Below, piece after piece: positions 1-14,033 of a stretch of 64,000 nt of DNA. This DNA is from Haliotis rubra (lineage: Eukaryota): NCBI RefSeq assembly GCF_003918875.1, contig NW_025767079.1, positions 5,146,001 to 5,210,000 of the forward strand, written 5' to 3'. The position numbers were made by a program, and so were the translations under genes. The notes below the pieces were generated by a model that did not search any database, was not told where the DNA came from, and was given only the letters and a program-made list of their open reading frames with translations. Numbering within the stretch: the stretch's first letter is position 1; each line of letters starts with the position of its first letter.

Positions 1-2068
1 TTTGTATGAAGAAAAACTCACTTGCTGCTGATGTAATAGTCCCTGTGATTGGCTGAAATGTCTCTGAGAGTACATGCACATAACATGTCACAAGTTCTGA
101 TTGGCTGAAATGTCTGAGACACTGTTTCACATTATTCATGTGTCTCTATGTCTGATTGGCTGAATTGTCTCTAAAGGACTGTTAACATTTCTGACCTGGA
201 AATGGTGACCCCCTATAATTTCCACCAATATTTATTTCAGATCAGTTGCATCTTTTGTCTTTGATCATTTTCTGTTAACTCAAGGTTTCAACAAATATTT
301 TTTGAGTACAGGTACATGACTTCATTAGACCAAATGTTTGGCCCTTTAGTACATGAACAAGCATTTACCGGTATTAATTTTTTGGCGGAATTACATTGGA
401 TATAAGAAAATTGTTATCTTAATAAAAATGTATTTTGCTTTGGAATTCAAATATATATATTTAGTCTTTGAACCTAAACTGCTACCAAATTCTTGAAACT
501 TATTTTAGTGGAGACGGGATGCTAATATGTAGGCAGCACTAACAGTTAACTTACCTATGTCTTTGGGCATAACATGATACACAATGTTTGTAAAACATTG
601 CACAAAGTGTTCTTTGAAATGATATTTGCTTCAGGGTTAGAATTACCCAAACTGAATATGGTTTGAGGCTGGTATGAAATACGTTGAACGAAAATATGTT
701 CGATGAGAGATTTATTTTTTTAATGTAAATATGAAGCTTGATTTTCAACAAGTATTGATTGTGATGTTTCTTGCCTGCTTTGAAAAATTAATTTGTGTTG
801 ACATCGGCTTTCGACATGTTATCCTTTATGGCTGTTATGCAGGTATAGAATATGTTGACACTGTAAGAATATTTATGCATTATTACCAAATAAGAATAAA
901 TTACAATAAAAAGATTCAATATCTGTTTTGAGTCTTGTGTTTGATTGGAGTTGAATATTCTCTCTGCAAATTGTATGCTGTGAAACTGAAAATAGGCAAC
1001 AGATCTTCTTGGATGTCTCATTTAAACAGCAATTTTCCAGATATATAACAGTGATCTGTTTAATAGTCGCAGACAGACAATTTTCTAGATATATAACAAT
1101 GATCAACACAATAAACGATTTGATGACACTCCATATACACGAACCAGTTATACTTCACATCAGAAGTTCTGAATTTCAACAATTTTGGGATACAAAATAT
1201 CACCAAGATCTAGTATGATGACATTAAAAAAACAAGTTAGCAAGTAGTCAATTGTACAATTAACAAACTTAAAACAACAGTGCAGTGTTGCCAATATAGT
1301 TGATGGAACATCATATGTTTGCTGACGTTTTGCTTAAGGAGCCTGTTTCTGTAACATATGTTATATTTGGAATTACACTTTCTCAGTAAAGTACAGATTC
1401 TAGTACTTTTGTTTGGTTGAGTCCCATCCAGGATTCGAACCCACACCCTCAGAGTCAGCCGCCTAACCAGCTCAGACATCAAACGGAGCCTGTTTCTGTA
1501 CAGGTAGAAGCGACGTCAAGTGGACGGATCAGGTTTCCACTTTCAAGCTCGACTGTCAAGCTAAGACTGCTGTCATCTGTCTAGTAAAAATAGCTACGCC
1601 GCGTACAAGCAGTGGAACCGGTTTATGTCAAGCCCTAAACTTCATTTCTCAAGGGATTGTGATTATTATTCTCCATGTAGTTTATAAAATTCATCCTTCT
1701 TTTTGCGATTCTTTTTCTTCTGAATATATACTGGGCGCGGAAAGAAATTCACAAAAGCCCACGCGGTTGTCGGCAGTCGATTTGGTTATGGTCAAAGGGA
1801 GGCAATCGTGTTTGTAATGGAGTAAACACCACACTTTGGTCAAAGGGAGGTAATCGCGTTGTGTCATTTGATCTCAAAGGGAGATAAGTCTCTTTGACAA
1901 ATGGTGAGAATGATTTATACTACTTCCCCTCGTCCATCAACAGCGCGGTTCGTCAAAGCCAGTGAGTATTTTCGCGAAAGGTTAAGTTGTATGGGTTCAG
2001 AATGACATGACATTTCAGTGTTCTGCCTATGACAATGCACCCGTATCCACTCCTCCAACAAGAAACAC

Positions 2069-2242
2069 ATCGCGCGGGGGAAGTTGTTCGTTCGGGTTAT
2101 GGTCAAAGGGAGACAACTCAATCAAGCGTTTGATTGATTGAGTTGTCTCCCTTTGACCATAACCCGAACGAACAACTAAAAACGCTTGATTGAGTTGTCT
2201 CCCTTTGACCATAACCCGAACGAACAACTTCCCCCGCGCGAT
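2069..2242. repeat. 63-bp perfect inverted repeat with an extra partial arm as spacer
   Basis: 2069-2131 is the reverse complement of 2180-2242, and the spacer repeats part of the right arm. Confidence 0.9.
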
Positions 2243-5200
2243 ACCGTTTTTCTTCTCCCAATGCCACCGCCGACACTGAGTGTAGGACCCCATCGCGTGT
2301 CTGGGCTAACACAAATGTTGAGTGCGAGCATGGGTTTACGCCGCCTTCAGCAATATTCAAGCAACAATCGCGGCGAGAGGACACCAGAAATTGGCTTCAC
2401 ACATTGTACCCATTTGAGAAATCGAACCTGGCGTGACGAGCGGACGATTTATCCATTAGGCTACCCCACCGCTCGAGTTATAGGTAAGAACGTAAATCTA
2501 CTCGAGGTAGAACTAATATAGAACTCTACCCAACCAAGTAGTGCTCACAGTGGACCCCATTCTTAGACAGGTTTAACCTTACCATCGTCCGCCAAAAATC
2601 CTGTCTGAGAAAGATCTGTCGATCTCGCACTCTATGATATTTACGATAATTTAAACACACTATAGTGGATCTAAAACAAAGTCACGGCACTGAAAACAAT
2701 CCAAACAAAACAATTGGCAGTTGCCGAATTCACATTTTCACCTATCCCAAAAGGCTGCAAGTTTAATTTGAAATGGTGTTCCTTATGGGTACGACCTGTT
2801 GCTGCATTTCCAGCTTCACGTGGATCAATGGTTTATGAAGCACAGACTGTGTCACAGAAGACCTGAACCAGTTCAAAACCTGCTTTTGAATATATTCAGT
2901 AACTGAAAGCGAGGTTAAAGCTAGAATACCAGTTCACAATACAAATTAAACATCAAATGTCCAACCTTTCGTCTACTTCTTGTCCTGTCCTGCGTTGTCA
3001 AAGCCGTTGAGCTGTTTAGCGTACTTAGTATTTATAAACCGTACCTTCTTTGTCCAACCTTCTCAGTGACTTCATTCAAAAGCCACAAAGCATGAAACGC
3101 CACGTGTTTGTTATCACGTGACCTTACATGCACGTGCTTCTGCTGCAGAATGTTCATGAGCTCGGTGGCATCTCGATAGTTCAACATTTCTCGAATGCAA
3201 ACAGCTCGTATATTTCCGGAACAGAAGTCGGATAAAATACACTTTTGATCAGTTTGACTCACCCTCGGGTCGGGGAACCCGGCAAGTAAAACCTTTGACT
3301 TTCCATTGGGTTTTACAAGCCAGGTCCCGGGATATCCACAGGTTTTCAGGGCGTAGCTACCATTATTAAAAAAAGCCCGGTCATGATTTTGCTAAAACAA
3401 ATTCTAATTCTTTCCAAAAATATTTCAAATACTATCTAAATATAAAGCTTTGCAACCTATCGGGCTTACACGAAGCAAAAATGGCTTGCTACGCCATTTT
3501 ACAACCTCGACCCAAAACTCGTAGTTGTATGTTAGTAAATGTTGCTTTAAGCCACATCAGTAAATTTTCAGCTTTTCGCGGCTACGTAGTCGTATGTTAT
3601 CCTTCAGTACTGAACGATGCGACTTTTACATGATGCAAATTCAAACTGGCGGAATCCATGAGGAGTACTAGTAATGCGCACAAGAAGGCGCAGTTGTCTT
3701 TTTTAATTCAGTTTGCGCCACGTGGAGGATAGAGCTCGAGTTGTCATGTTGAAACGATCATAGGAACGCCGTAGTAATGCAGTTCAGCAGAGCTATTTAT
3801 GAGTGAACCCGTGAAGATCCGGGCTAGAATGGATCTTCATCAACCCATGCTTGTTAGAGACGACTTACGGAATCGGGTGGCCTAGTAAGCTGACTTGGTT
3901 GACACATGACATGGTATCCAAATTGTGGAGATCGATGCTCGTGATGTTGATCACTAGATTGTCTGGTCTAGACTCGATTAATTACAGACCGCTGTCATTT
4001 AGCTGTTTGTTAAACAACAAACAAACAAACAAGGAAAGCTGGAAATGAAGCAGTGATCAGATGTTTACTACTTTTGGAGAAACCCACGAAACCGACATGG
4101 TGCGGACAACCCATAATCACAGGTTCCTAGTGTGCTCAAGGGACACAACTCTGCTGAGAGAATTGCAGCTCCTCAGCCGACTGAGCCAGACCTGTTCCCA
4201 TGTGCATCATAACCAGACTGTTTGCTGTTTGCAAAATATGATATTTTAAATGTATCGTGTTCAGAGTTGGACATTTACAGAAAGGTTTTAACCTTTTTCA
4301 AAATGCAAAGTAAGCAGGTTCCATCTGACTGGACAAATACCTGATTTTATTTACTTCTGTTCTCTTTGTGACCTGCCAGGACAAACTCCAGTGCATGTTC
4401 TGAATAGGTGACAGATCAAAGGCACTGACTCCCATGTTATTCATTTGTTCACACAATGGTACAATTGGTCAACGTTTACCTCAACAGAGGAACACGTCCT
4501 CCATATAAAATACTTCTTCATTTGACATAGCGAGATTACTAAGGAAGCCACGAAGATAAGATGTCCCTATTTGTCTATAGAAACAATAACTGTTTGAATA
4601 ATCATTAACTCTTGTTTACAAACGGACATAATATATCCCAAAATACATACATCTGACACGAGGAAATAAAATTTGGAACTACAAATTACTTCACACAGCG
4701 AGTTGTTTCCATACAACGAGCAAGCCTAAGCGTCTTCCGGGTCTCTGTCTGCTTCTCAGAGTGAGCGTCCACAAACATTTAGCCATGTTTGTGGATTGTC
4801 ATACCTGCTTGCCATCCAAAAATAGAAGAGCTAACTAAACAACAAAATCGAGGTTCTTGGCATAGGAAGCAGGAGAAAATAGGAATTATAAATAGCAAAG
4901 AGTAATCCACGACTACTGGCTGCACTTAGGTCAGCAACATGCCGATGACGGGTCTGGAATTGTATTTCACTCATGAATTATTGGCAAACCGAAGCGATTT
5001 ATCTGAATATGGTTACAGACGACGTTTGCTAAGCGTTTATTTGCTGGGCATAGAGACGGTGCATAGCCGATAACATAAAACAACCCAAACGATGTAAGGT
5101 GCACACTGTGGCATGTTCACCCTCTTACTTTTATTTGCTTGACCATTGGGTATAACAGATGATAAAGGGTACACTTACAAGGTGTCCTGTGTGCCTCGCT

Positions 5201-5436
5201 TCGTGCTTGGGATGAGAAATATGACGATGCCTAATATGGTCATAATATTTCATGTAGTCTCTGTTAGCTAGTATTAGCAGTAATTGTTAGTCTCCAGGGT
5301 CGGAAAGGCTGTCTTTGTAACTGCTATTAGCAGCTAACAGTTGCTAACAAAGACCTGCTGGTAGTAGGTAATATTTCCTGGATCGGGTGTTCACTCTTAG
5401 GTGTGATACCACTGCCCTCGTATTCTAACTAGACGC

Positions 5437-5623
5437 GGGGATGATGGGGTAGCCAGGTGGTTCAAGCGTTCGCACGTCACACCGAAGACACGGGTTCGAT
5501 TCCCGAGATGGTTACAATGTGTGAAGCCCATTTCTGGTGTTCCCCGTCGTGACGTTGCTGGAATATTGCTAAAAGCGGCGTAAAACCCAGCTCACTCACT
5601 CACTCACTCACTCACTCACTCAC
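5437..5623 (+). mobile_element. SINE family A copy with long (CACT)n tail
   Basis: Same head and body as 7393-7554. Confidence 0.85.
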
Positions 5624-7392
5624 TAAAAAATATTGGTTATCCTCGGCGCATCACCACCCATAACAATACAGGGATACCGGTTGCAAATCATGGATAGATT
5701 CGTGGTAGTATTTTGTAATTAATTAAGACATGCATACTTTCAGCAAGTCACTTCAATAGATGAACTGTATTTGTTTTAGCCTGAATTATGAAATATTATT
5801 CGAGTGACATTGTCATTTTCTGAACACTCAAGTTGAAAATCGATGCATTCACGTTGGCGCCTGTACATACGTACAAAGCTTTTGCCTTAATGTGGTTGAA
5901 CAAGACACTCACAGAAACACACACCAAGACACTCACACAAATACACACACCAATACACACACATTCACACAAACACACACCACATTGTTTGGTCACTCGG
6001 TGTCACTGTGACAGGTCTGATATTTCCATTAAAGTAGAATCACCAATAGGCCCAAATATATTATAAGCCTAGGTCATTTGCGAGCTTGACATTATGACAG
6101 CTTTGAGTTCTTCATTTGAGAAAAGGAGTGTGGAAGTCAGAGATGTATGCCAACATATCTTTGGAATGGCAATCATAAATTGAGATTAATAATATTCTTG
6201 GATATTTTGGAAGCTATCGGAGCTAATGATAGCTGAAATTGCCAAAGTTGTGGACTACACATCTAATGAGTTGTTACTGTGCTGCCATCTGCTCCAAATG
6301 TACAGGATAACGACTGATAGTACCAGTGTTATTATTGATACTGGAACAATAAGAAGATAATTATGTAAATACGTACACCAGCTGGGACGTTAACCAAAAC
6401 CCTGATTACAGTAAGTGCGTGAGTATGGTTTTATGCCGCTTTTATCAATATCCCAGCAATATCGTCGGGGGACACCAGAAATGGGCTTCACACATTGTAC
6501 CCATGTGGGGAATCGAACCCTGGTCTTCGGCGTGACCACTAGGCTTAACCCCACCCCACCCCTCCCTCCCCCCACACCACACACCCTACACACCACACAC
6601 ACACCCACACCCTTTGCTTTTTTCATTTTGTGATCTAAATAACCAAAGCACAGGGACCCATATATCTGAAGTCAAAAACTGCTGTCTCAAAGTTGAAGGG
6701 ACCTACGAAAATACTTCCAGTTAAACGAGGTTCGACACGTCGAGCGAAATAATTGCTAAATTACGAATGATTAGGGGTCCAGCTTTTACTTCCACACATC
6801 CGTGAGTTCGACACATCCGAACGTTCGACACAACGACGTGTGGCTGTTTAATATCAACATCTTTGTAGATCAGTTCAGAAGAAAAATGATGGTCAAACAC
6901 ATTAAATGATATACATTAAAACTCTCTCAGTTTCCATTTGACAATTCCATTTTGGAACATGTAGATTAGAAAAACTAACGTGACACGTGTGTCTTTAAAC
7001 AATACAATCAAAATGGTGGCAGCCATGCCTGTTGATACAATATGAATAGATACCCCATTAAGGAACCTTATCTCGATTGTTTGGGTTGACCGGTGTGCAG
7101 TGTGCAGGAAGCCGAGCGGACCCGATTGTGAGGCAGGTTAAGGGCAGGTTACACATACAGAATGCTTAATCAAGTGTGATAATTTACACCTGGAAAAAAT
7201 ATATTTCACATCTGGACTATATATTTCCATAAATTTCCCATTTCGTGTATTAAGTTATGTGCATATGCTTTTGTTTAGTCGGAATTGTGTTTTGTATAAT
7301 TTCGTGTTCCACGATCCGTTGCATTTGCAATTCGACTGCTTGTTTTCGTTTTCTCTGCATTTATGTATGATAGTGTTTGTGAAGCCATCTGA

Positions 7393-7554
7393 CCGACTGA
7401 GTTTAGTTTTACGCCGCTTTTAGCAATATTCCAGCAATATCACGGCGGGGGACACCAGAAATGGGCTTAACACATTGTGCCCATGTGGGGAATCGAACCC
7501 GGGTCTTCGGCGTGACGAGCCAACGCTTTAACCACTAGGCTACCCCACCGCCCC
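7393..7554 (-). mobile_element. tRNA-derived SINE family A, full length
   Basis: A box (gtagcctagtgg), B box (ggttcgattcc), 3' gctggaatattgctaaaagcggcgtaaaac tail, and a 12-bp TSD gaagccatctga. More than 20 copies occur in the window, e.g. near 2325, 6415, 8962, 13486, 18741, 22971, 23209, 24279, 26245, 28381, 29393, 33986, 37917, 40245, 54168, 58161 and 61690. Confidence 0.9.
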
Positions 7555-7609
7555 GAAGCCATCTGAAGAAATATACAGCGTTGTTATACCAATACTTCAC
7601 ACGTACCTG

Positions 7610-7959
7610 ACCCGTGAAGGTCTGGGTTAGAATATTGACCTTCAGTAACCCATGCTTGTCGTATAAGAGGCGACTCACGGGATCGGGTGGTCAGGCTCGC
7701 TGACTTGGTTGACACGTGTCATCGGTACCCAATTGCGCAGATCGATGTTCTGGCTGTTGATCACTGGATTGTCTGGTCCAGACTCGACTGTATACAGACC
7801 CTGATAGCAATGTTCGTTGGGCCAACATTGGCCAACGTAGGCCCAATGATGGCCAATGTTGGTCCAACATTGGCCCAACGGACATTGCTATCTGGGGACC
7901 GCCGCCATATAGCTTGAATATTGCTGAGTGCGGCGTAAAACTAAACTCACTCACTCACT
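7610..7959 (+). mobile_element. SINE family B (Deu/Nin-domain-like core cccatgcttgtcgtaagaggcgac) carrying a nested mini-element
   Basis: 12-bp TSD cacacgtacctg. Shares its 3' tail with family A. Other copies near 3808, 14415, 18440(-), 23974, 26597, 27510(-), 31352(-), 53645 and 55265. Confidence 0.85.
7799..7896. mobile_element. 98-bp palindromic mini DNA transposon
   Basis: TIR ccc(t/a)gatagcaatgt(t/c)cgttgggccaa. It interrupts a SINE with duplication of GA. Confidence 0.75.
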
Positions 7960-9282
7960 CACACGTACCTGTGGTATCCCCAAACAAACCACACACAATA
8001 TTCTGATATGTTCTGAGACAACCACAGTTCTTTTAATTTCCAAATCAATACATGGACGTTTTCATTTTTCATTTTTGAAAATATTTTGTTTGTATTGTCA
8101 TCAAAAAAGTGTGACAATAGTTTATGATATCGCAGCTTCTCGATCGGATAACGTCACAGATATGTTCCTGTTGATCAATTCATTTGTGGGTAACGATTTC
8201 CTAGACTCTTGAGAACATTGACCTCTTTCACCCTAAATTGTCACAAACCTGGTACAAATGTCACGTGACACAGGACTCAAGTCTGTTTTACGTAAGGTGA
8301 AACGTGACAGATCATCAAAAATGAATTACCCTGATTTTGGAATGAATTGAAACACTCCGTTACTTCGTATCTTAGATCAATCGCACAAACGCAACTTCTC
8401 TGATATTCCGCGGAGCATCTGTTAACTGTTGAGCAGCCAATTTCTGCCGTTTGTTCCCGACTGTAAGTCATCGACAAAACGCAACCCAAATTTCTCTGCG
8501 CAACCACCTGTGGCTTCATATATTACAAAATCGATGTAATTTATCCAGCTTCGTTATTTATGGTGGAAGGGACATTATATGTCAACAATTCCATACTGCC
8601 AAATGACGATCAGCTAAATTTCATTAGCTGCCACACACAATTGAGTGAATCAATTTTCGGGAAAATTCTAAAGTTTATGTCTAAACAAGCTATGTATAGA
8701 CCTACACTAAGCATTCATTGAGGACATTTAACTTATTGCAAACCGATAAGTGTACACGCGAAATAGGATGGGTTAAAGACGATACTACAATTTCCTGTAA
8801 ACCAATCGATCAGTGGCGAGTGGATATTCACTCATGCGTACGTGTAGGGACCAAGCGGGATCAGATGGACCAAAGGAATATTATAGTAATGTTACTGTAA
8901 ACATTTAGAAATCATTTCTTGACCCGACAATCCTTACAAACTCCAGTTTATGTATTATTGTGTTTAGTTTTACGCCGCTTTTAGCAATATTCCAGCAATA
9001 TCACAGCGGGGGGACACCAAAATTGGGCTTCACACATTGTACCCATATATGGAATCGACTGGGCTACCTGACCGCCCGAGAACATGTTCAAATTTCTGTG
9101 GGGTAAGCATCTCATTCGACAAGCTTTATTTGTTTGTTTATTGTTTAAGGACGCACTCAGCAATATTCAAAATATATGACAAGTCTGGACCAGACAATCC
9201 AGTGACTAACATCATGAGCACCGATCTACGCAATTAGGATAACGATCCTGACTACTTGATCCCGTTGGTCCCCAATTGCAAC

Positions 9283-9637
9283 GACCGCCTCCGTGGTGTA
9301 GTGGTTAGAGCGTCCGCCCGGAGAGCGGAAGGTCGCGAGTACGATCCCCGACCGCGTCATACCAAAAGACGTTAAAATATGGTACTTGTTGATCCCTGCC
9401 TGGCGCTCGGCATTACTGGATACAACAAGGACTGGTCGGCTCGGAGTCAGTATACTGTGTCTGAGTGGGGTATTCATGCTTCACTGCGGCATGGTATCTC
9501 AGTGGGCTAGCACTATAAAACCAGCTTCAGTCTGGGCTAGTACAAGCAGCCGCACATACACATACACGCGCATGCACGTCGTCATATGAGCGAAACATTC
9601 TCAAGCACAACATAAAACCCAATTTCACCTCACCTCA
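9283..9637 (+). mobile_element. tRNA-derived SINE family C (Meta-domain-like), full length, nested in a family B copy
   Basis: tRNA head gtggtgtagtgg..cgatccc, (cacct)n tail, and a 13-bp TSD ccccaattgcaac (9270-9282, 9638-9650). Confidence 0.88.
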
Positions 9638-9898
9638 CCCCAATTGCAACAAGCATGGGTTGCTGATGATCACGGGACCGTTCATAATGTATGTGTGTGT
9701 TTGTGTGTGTGTGTGTGTCTGTGCTTCTCCATAATAATCATCAACCCTCCCTCCCACCCAACCACCCCACCCTATCATTTGCATGATGAACCTGACGTTG
9801 TGTTATCGTTACAACGATGAGACAGTGAGTTAGGTTCGACTTCGTCCAGCCGCCACACGTACTGCACTTACATCTCCGCTTGAGGTTTATGTATGACA

Positions 9899-10058
9899 GG
9901 GGCGGTGAGGAAGCCTAGTGGTTAAAGCGTTCGCTCGTCACGCCGAAGACCCGGGATCGATTCCCCACATGAGTACAATGTGTGAAGCCCATTTCTGGTG
10001 TCCCCCGCCGTGATATTGCTGGAATTATGCTAAAAGTGGCGTCAAACCATACTCACTC
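9899..10058 (+). mobile_element. SINE family A copy
   Basis: Matches the family consensus. Confidence 0.85.
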
Positions 10059-10439
10059 ATGTATGAAAGGAAATGTCGCATCAACCTGGAACGCTTTCGG
10101 ACAACATCAATCTGTCCTTGGGTCGAAAACCTTTATTTGTTTCGTGCAATCATGCGCCCTGTCTCAAAATGTGTCTACTATCTGGAACACGTTTACGATT
10201 GTGTCAGTTGTCAGTGTCAAATCTGCAATTACCTTGAGATAAAATACTGATACTCACATCTTCAATATATAGTATCTATTGTATCGATGGTATGAACCAT
10301 GCCTTGTCACATTCCATGTAAGATTGATGGACAGTAGCTGGCGATAATCCTTCCACTGACCTGGGAGTTACTTATTGATAGATTTAGTTCGGTGATTGTT
10401 AGAGGTCAGCCGATGTCTGTATCCGGTCATGTTGTGTGA

Positions 10440-10920
10440 GGTCCGTGGTCATGTGCTTGTGTGTATGAGAGATTGTGTGAGTCTCTGCGCGCGTGTGAAA
10501 GAGCGCGTGCGTGCGTGTGTGTGCATGTATGTGTTTGTGTGAGTGATGATATATGTGAGAGTGTGTGAGTGAGCGAATGAGTGGGCCAGTGTTTGAGTGA
10601 ATGTGTGTGTGTGAAAGAGAGAGAGAGAGAATGTGTGAGTGTAAATATCTTAGTGAAACTGTGTGTATGAGAGAGTACGAGAGCGTGTGAGTGAGTTAGA
10701 TTGAGGGAGACTCTGTGTGGGGTTGTGGGGAGAGAGAGAGCGTGAGAGTGTGTGTGCGTACGAGTGTGAGAGAGAGTGAATGAGCGTGGTAGTGTTTGGA
10801 TTGTGTGTGAGAGAGAAGGAGAGGATGTTTTGTGCTTTAGTCTTCTTTGTGTGCGTGTTTATGAGAGCTTATGTTTGAGTGTGTGTGAGAGAGTGAATGT
10901 GTGTGTCTGCATGTGCTTCT
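10440..10920. repeat. Degenerate (GT)n/(GA)n microsatellite field
   Basis: Direct inspection. Confidence 0.85.
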
Positions 10921-12345
10921 ACTAGTTTAATAGTGTGAGCCAACTGAGCTACCTTGCCACAATGTGGCATACCGAAATGGGGAAAAAAACAGACTTTCAG
11001 CATACCAGTCGTAGTTCTGTCCCCTCAATGCCGAGTTCCAGGCGGGGAAACAACTAGCACCACCATTTAATGTATTTTGGCATGACGCAGTGGAGATCGA
11101 ACCAACGACATTCGGCGCCTCGATCAGACGCTCTTTCCACTCAACATGGGACGCGGTCACCAAGTGTATTATTAATTTGAGAATCAGGTGAGTTAGTGAA
11201 TCAAAATATTACGTCGATTCGGAATTATTTCAGATATAAGTAAATTTACAAACTAATACTGAGAATCAAACATGGATATTCACAAGAATGAGAATATTCA
11301 TGAGAATCAAACCGGAATATTCACAAGAATGAGAATATTCATGAGAATCAAACCGGAATATTCATTTTGAGCGATCACTTTTACCACTGCACAACTATAC
11401 TATCAGAGAAGTAAGGCACAAACAAGGCCGCATTTGGTACCAAAAGGTAAAAAAAACTGCCTCCGTCATAAAAGAAAACAATGAAGAGTTTACATGTTTT
11501 CACACACATATCTACCTGACATCACTGGTTATCTTAATAGTGCTCATTTGAAATATACTCTTTAAAAAAGTAGGGCAACCTTAACTTTCAATTTGGATAG
11601 GAAGTATACGTCTTAACAAACTTTTCAAAGACAGATTTCTTATGAACGCACCACCATTTCTCCCCAAACACTACGCAGTGGGTGCACGTGCACAACGCAG
11701 TAGTCCCATACACGTACACTGGGTGTCATTCTTTTTTTGGACGGTTTTCAAGAAGGTCGATAAATCACTGTAGACCATTTATTCTGACTGTCATCTTGCA
11801 TCACACAGTTGTTAGTGTTTGTTTCTAGCCGGGATTTTGGTTTTTAAAAAAAAAATGAAAATGCTACACATGCAAATTCACGTCATACAACAATCATCTT
11901 TCAAGAGCGATCACTGTACAGACAGCTGTGGTCACAAGGAAGTGCTAGTGGTGATGCACTCTGAAAACATCCATTATTATCATATCAACATTGATTGACT
12001 CCGATATAACTAACAATTTTTCAATCGCAAATTAAATATGAGTATAGAATTGTTAGTACGTCGTCTTTATTACACTCGCAGCCTTTCCTGCCAACTCGCT
12101 GATGCCTTGGTGCAGTATCGACACACGTATAAAGATCCATGTCACATGCATATAATGACATGCTGCTCAGCTGGTTAACTCGGACAATAACCCTTTATGA
12201 GCGATTGACAATACGTTGGCCTCGCACCTGTTGCACATGGTTAAGGGTTAATTGGTGCATCCACGAGTATATATATTTGTCTGTTTCTCCCGGGTGCAGT
12301 ACCTGCTCCGTTGCAACAACCAGTGTCCGCTGACCAGCATCCAAC

Positions 12346-14033
12346 ATGGCTCGTCTCCTGCTCTTCACTACCCTAGCTGTTCTTGCCACACTGGCAGCTT
12401 GCGATGGTAAGTTCTGTTCGTAATGCCATCGACTGCATGTTTACAAATGTACTTCTTACTGACCTTTGGGGAATTTGTCAAATCATGCTCAGCCGTGTGT
12501 GTTGCACTCGATACTTAACTTCATTTCACGGGCTGCAACTGTAGTTGAGCATTGTTGATGTTTTTGGATGGACAATTCGAAATTATGAGAATGTTCATAA
12601 ACACAGTTTGCTCATGATCTGGTTTGAATCGTGCCACTATCTCTGCTTTTAGCTGAGATTTATTGTGAATGTTATGAATCTATATGAGTTTTTAATGTGA
12701 AGTCTTCTTCCAAGGAGGGGCGGTTGGGTAGCCTAGTGTTTAAAGCGTTCGCTCGTCACGCCGAAGACCCGGGTTCGAATCCCCACATGGGTACAATGTG
12801 TGAAGCCCATATGTGGTGTCCCCCGCCGTGATATTGCTGTAATATTGCTAAAAGCGGCGTAAAACTAAACTCACTCACTTTTTCCAATAGAAGAAGGGTC
12901 TGTCATACTGACAGCGTTCAACAGTAAATCATGTTCTCAATTCCGTAGGCTGCACGGTTATAAATTTGCTTCTTTTGGATCGACCAACCTAAATCATAAC
13001 ATTTGCTGATGACCAAACAGTTATTTGTAGTGACTGGTCTGATCCTTAGAAAATGTCTTGTCGAGTCCTTTTGTTTAGTGCACATTCTGGATCGACACCC
13101 ACTACCTGTTACGTCACAAGCGTTGTTCTGGCAGCCTCAGATCAACTATTTCCCACCATCACCACCACTCCTGCAGGAAAGTAGATGGTTGTTGCCTTAA
13201 TCTGACATTGGGAGACACAATGAAAATATTCAAACTTTAAACCAGTCTGAATGACTCTCCTTCGTTCGATGAGACAAACTTGTCAATGAAGGTATCCATG
13301 CCATTACGTGGTCAATATTGCTTCCTTTAATGGCAGTTTACAAGTTGGGAGTTACAATATAGAAGTAAACTTTCTGGATAACAACTTCTTTATTTCTTTA
13401 AGACTTTCTGTGTTTGAGGCAACCATCCACCATGTGCCAATCGACGTTTCGATACAGGCTCTTGTACCGTTGTCAAGCAGGGACTGACTGACTGAATTTG
13501 GTTTTACGCCGCTTTTAGCAATATTCCAGCAACATCACGACGGGGGACACCAGAACTGGGCTTCACACATTGTACCCATGTGGGGATTCGAACCCGGGTC
13601 TTCGGCGTGACGAGCCAACGCTTTAACCACTAGGCTACAACAACGGTACAAGAATCTGTACCTAAACGTTGCACTCACGAAATGAAGAACTTGTTATCCA
13701 TAAAGTTTGTCTTTATTCAGTACTGCTATTGACATTTACTTCACAGATGACTGTTACAGAAAGCAGGACGGAACAGCAATCTACAGTGGAACAAAATCTG
13801 TAACCGCAAGCGGAAAACAGTGTCAGGCTTGGTCCAGCCAGTCCCCGAACATCCACTCCTACAGCCCAGAGGACTTCGACGTCACCAACGGCGCACCAAA
13901 CCTCAGCTTCAACGCCATCCGCAACTACTGCCGTGACCCTTCTGGAGGAGGCATGCCTTCATTAGGGCAACTGTGGTGCTACACAGCTGATGAAGCAGGA
14001 TGGGAAACATGCATGGTTTCAAAGTGTTCCTAG
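12346..14033 (+). CDS. Secreted stand-alone kringle protein 1 (115 aa; exons 12346-12406, 13747-14033)
   Basis: Exon 1 encodes MARLLLFTTLAVLATLAACD (signal peptide) followed by G|GTAAG. The acceptor tttacttcacAG at 13746 joins in phase 1 to DCYRKQ..YSG..T.SG..CQAW..P..H..NYCRDP..LWCYT..W..C..KC, a 6-Cys kringle pattern. TATA-like sequence near 12268 and AATAAA at 14191. Confidence 0.9.
12716..12878 (+). mobile_element. SINE family A copy in the intron of kringle gene 1
   Basis: Matches the family consensus. Confidence 0.85.

Noticed and set aside
5437-5510. tRNA genes at SINE heads
   Set aside because: The tRNA-like A/B boxes continue into SINE bodies with TSDs and many diverged copies. No stand-alone tRNA is supported.
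13707-13746. ORF-track N-termini of the kringle ORFs (13707, 20874, 26930)
   Set aside because: They are intron sequence or an internal Met. The spliced signal exons give better-supported starts.
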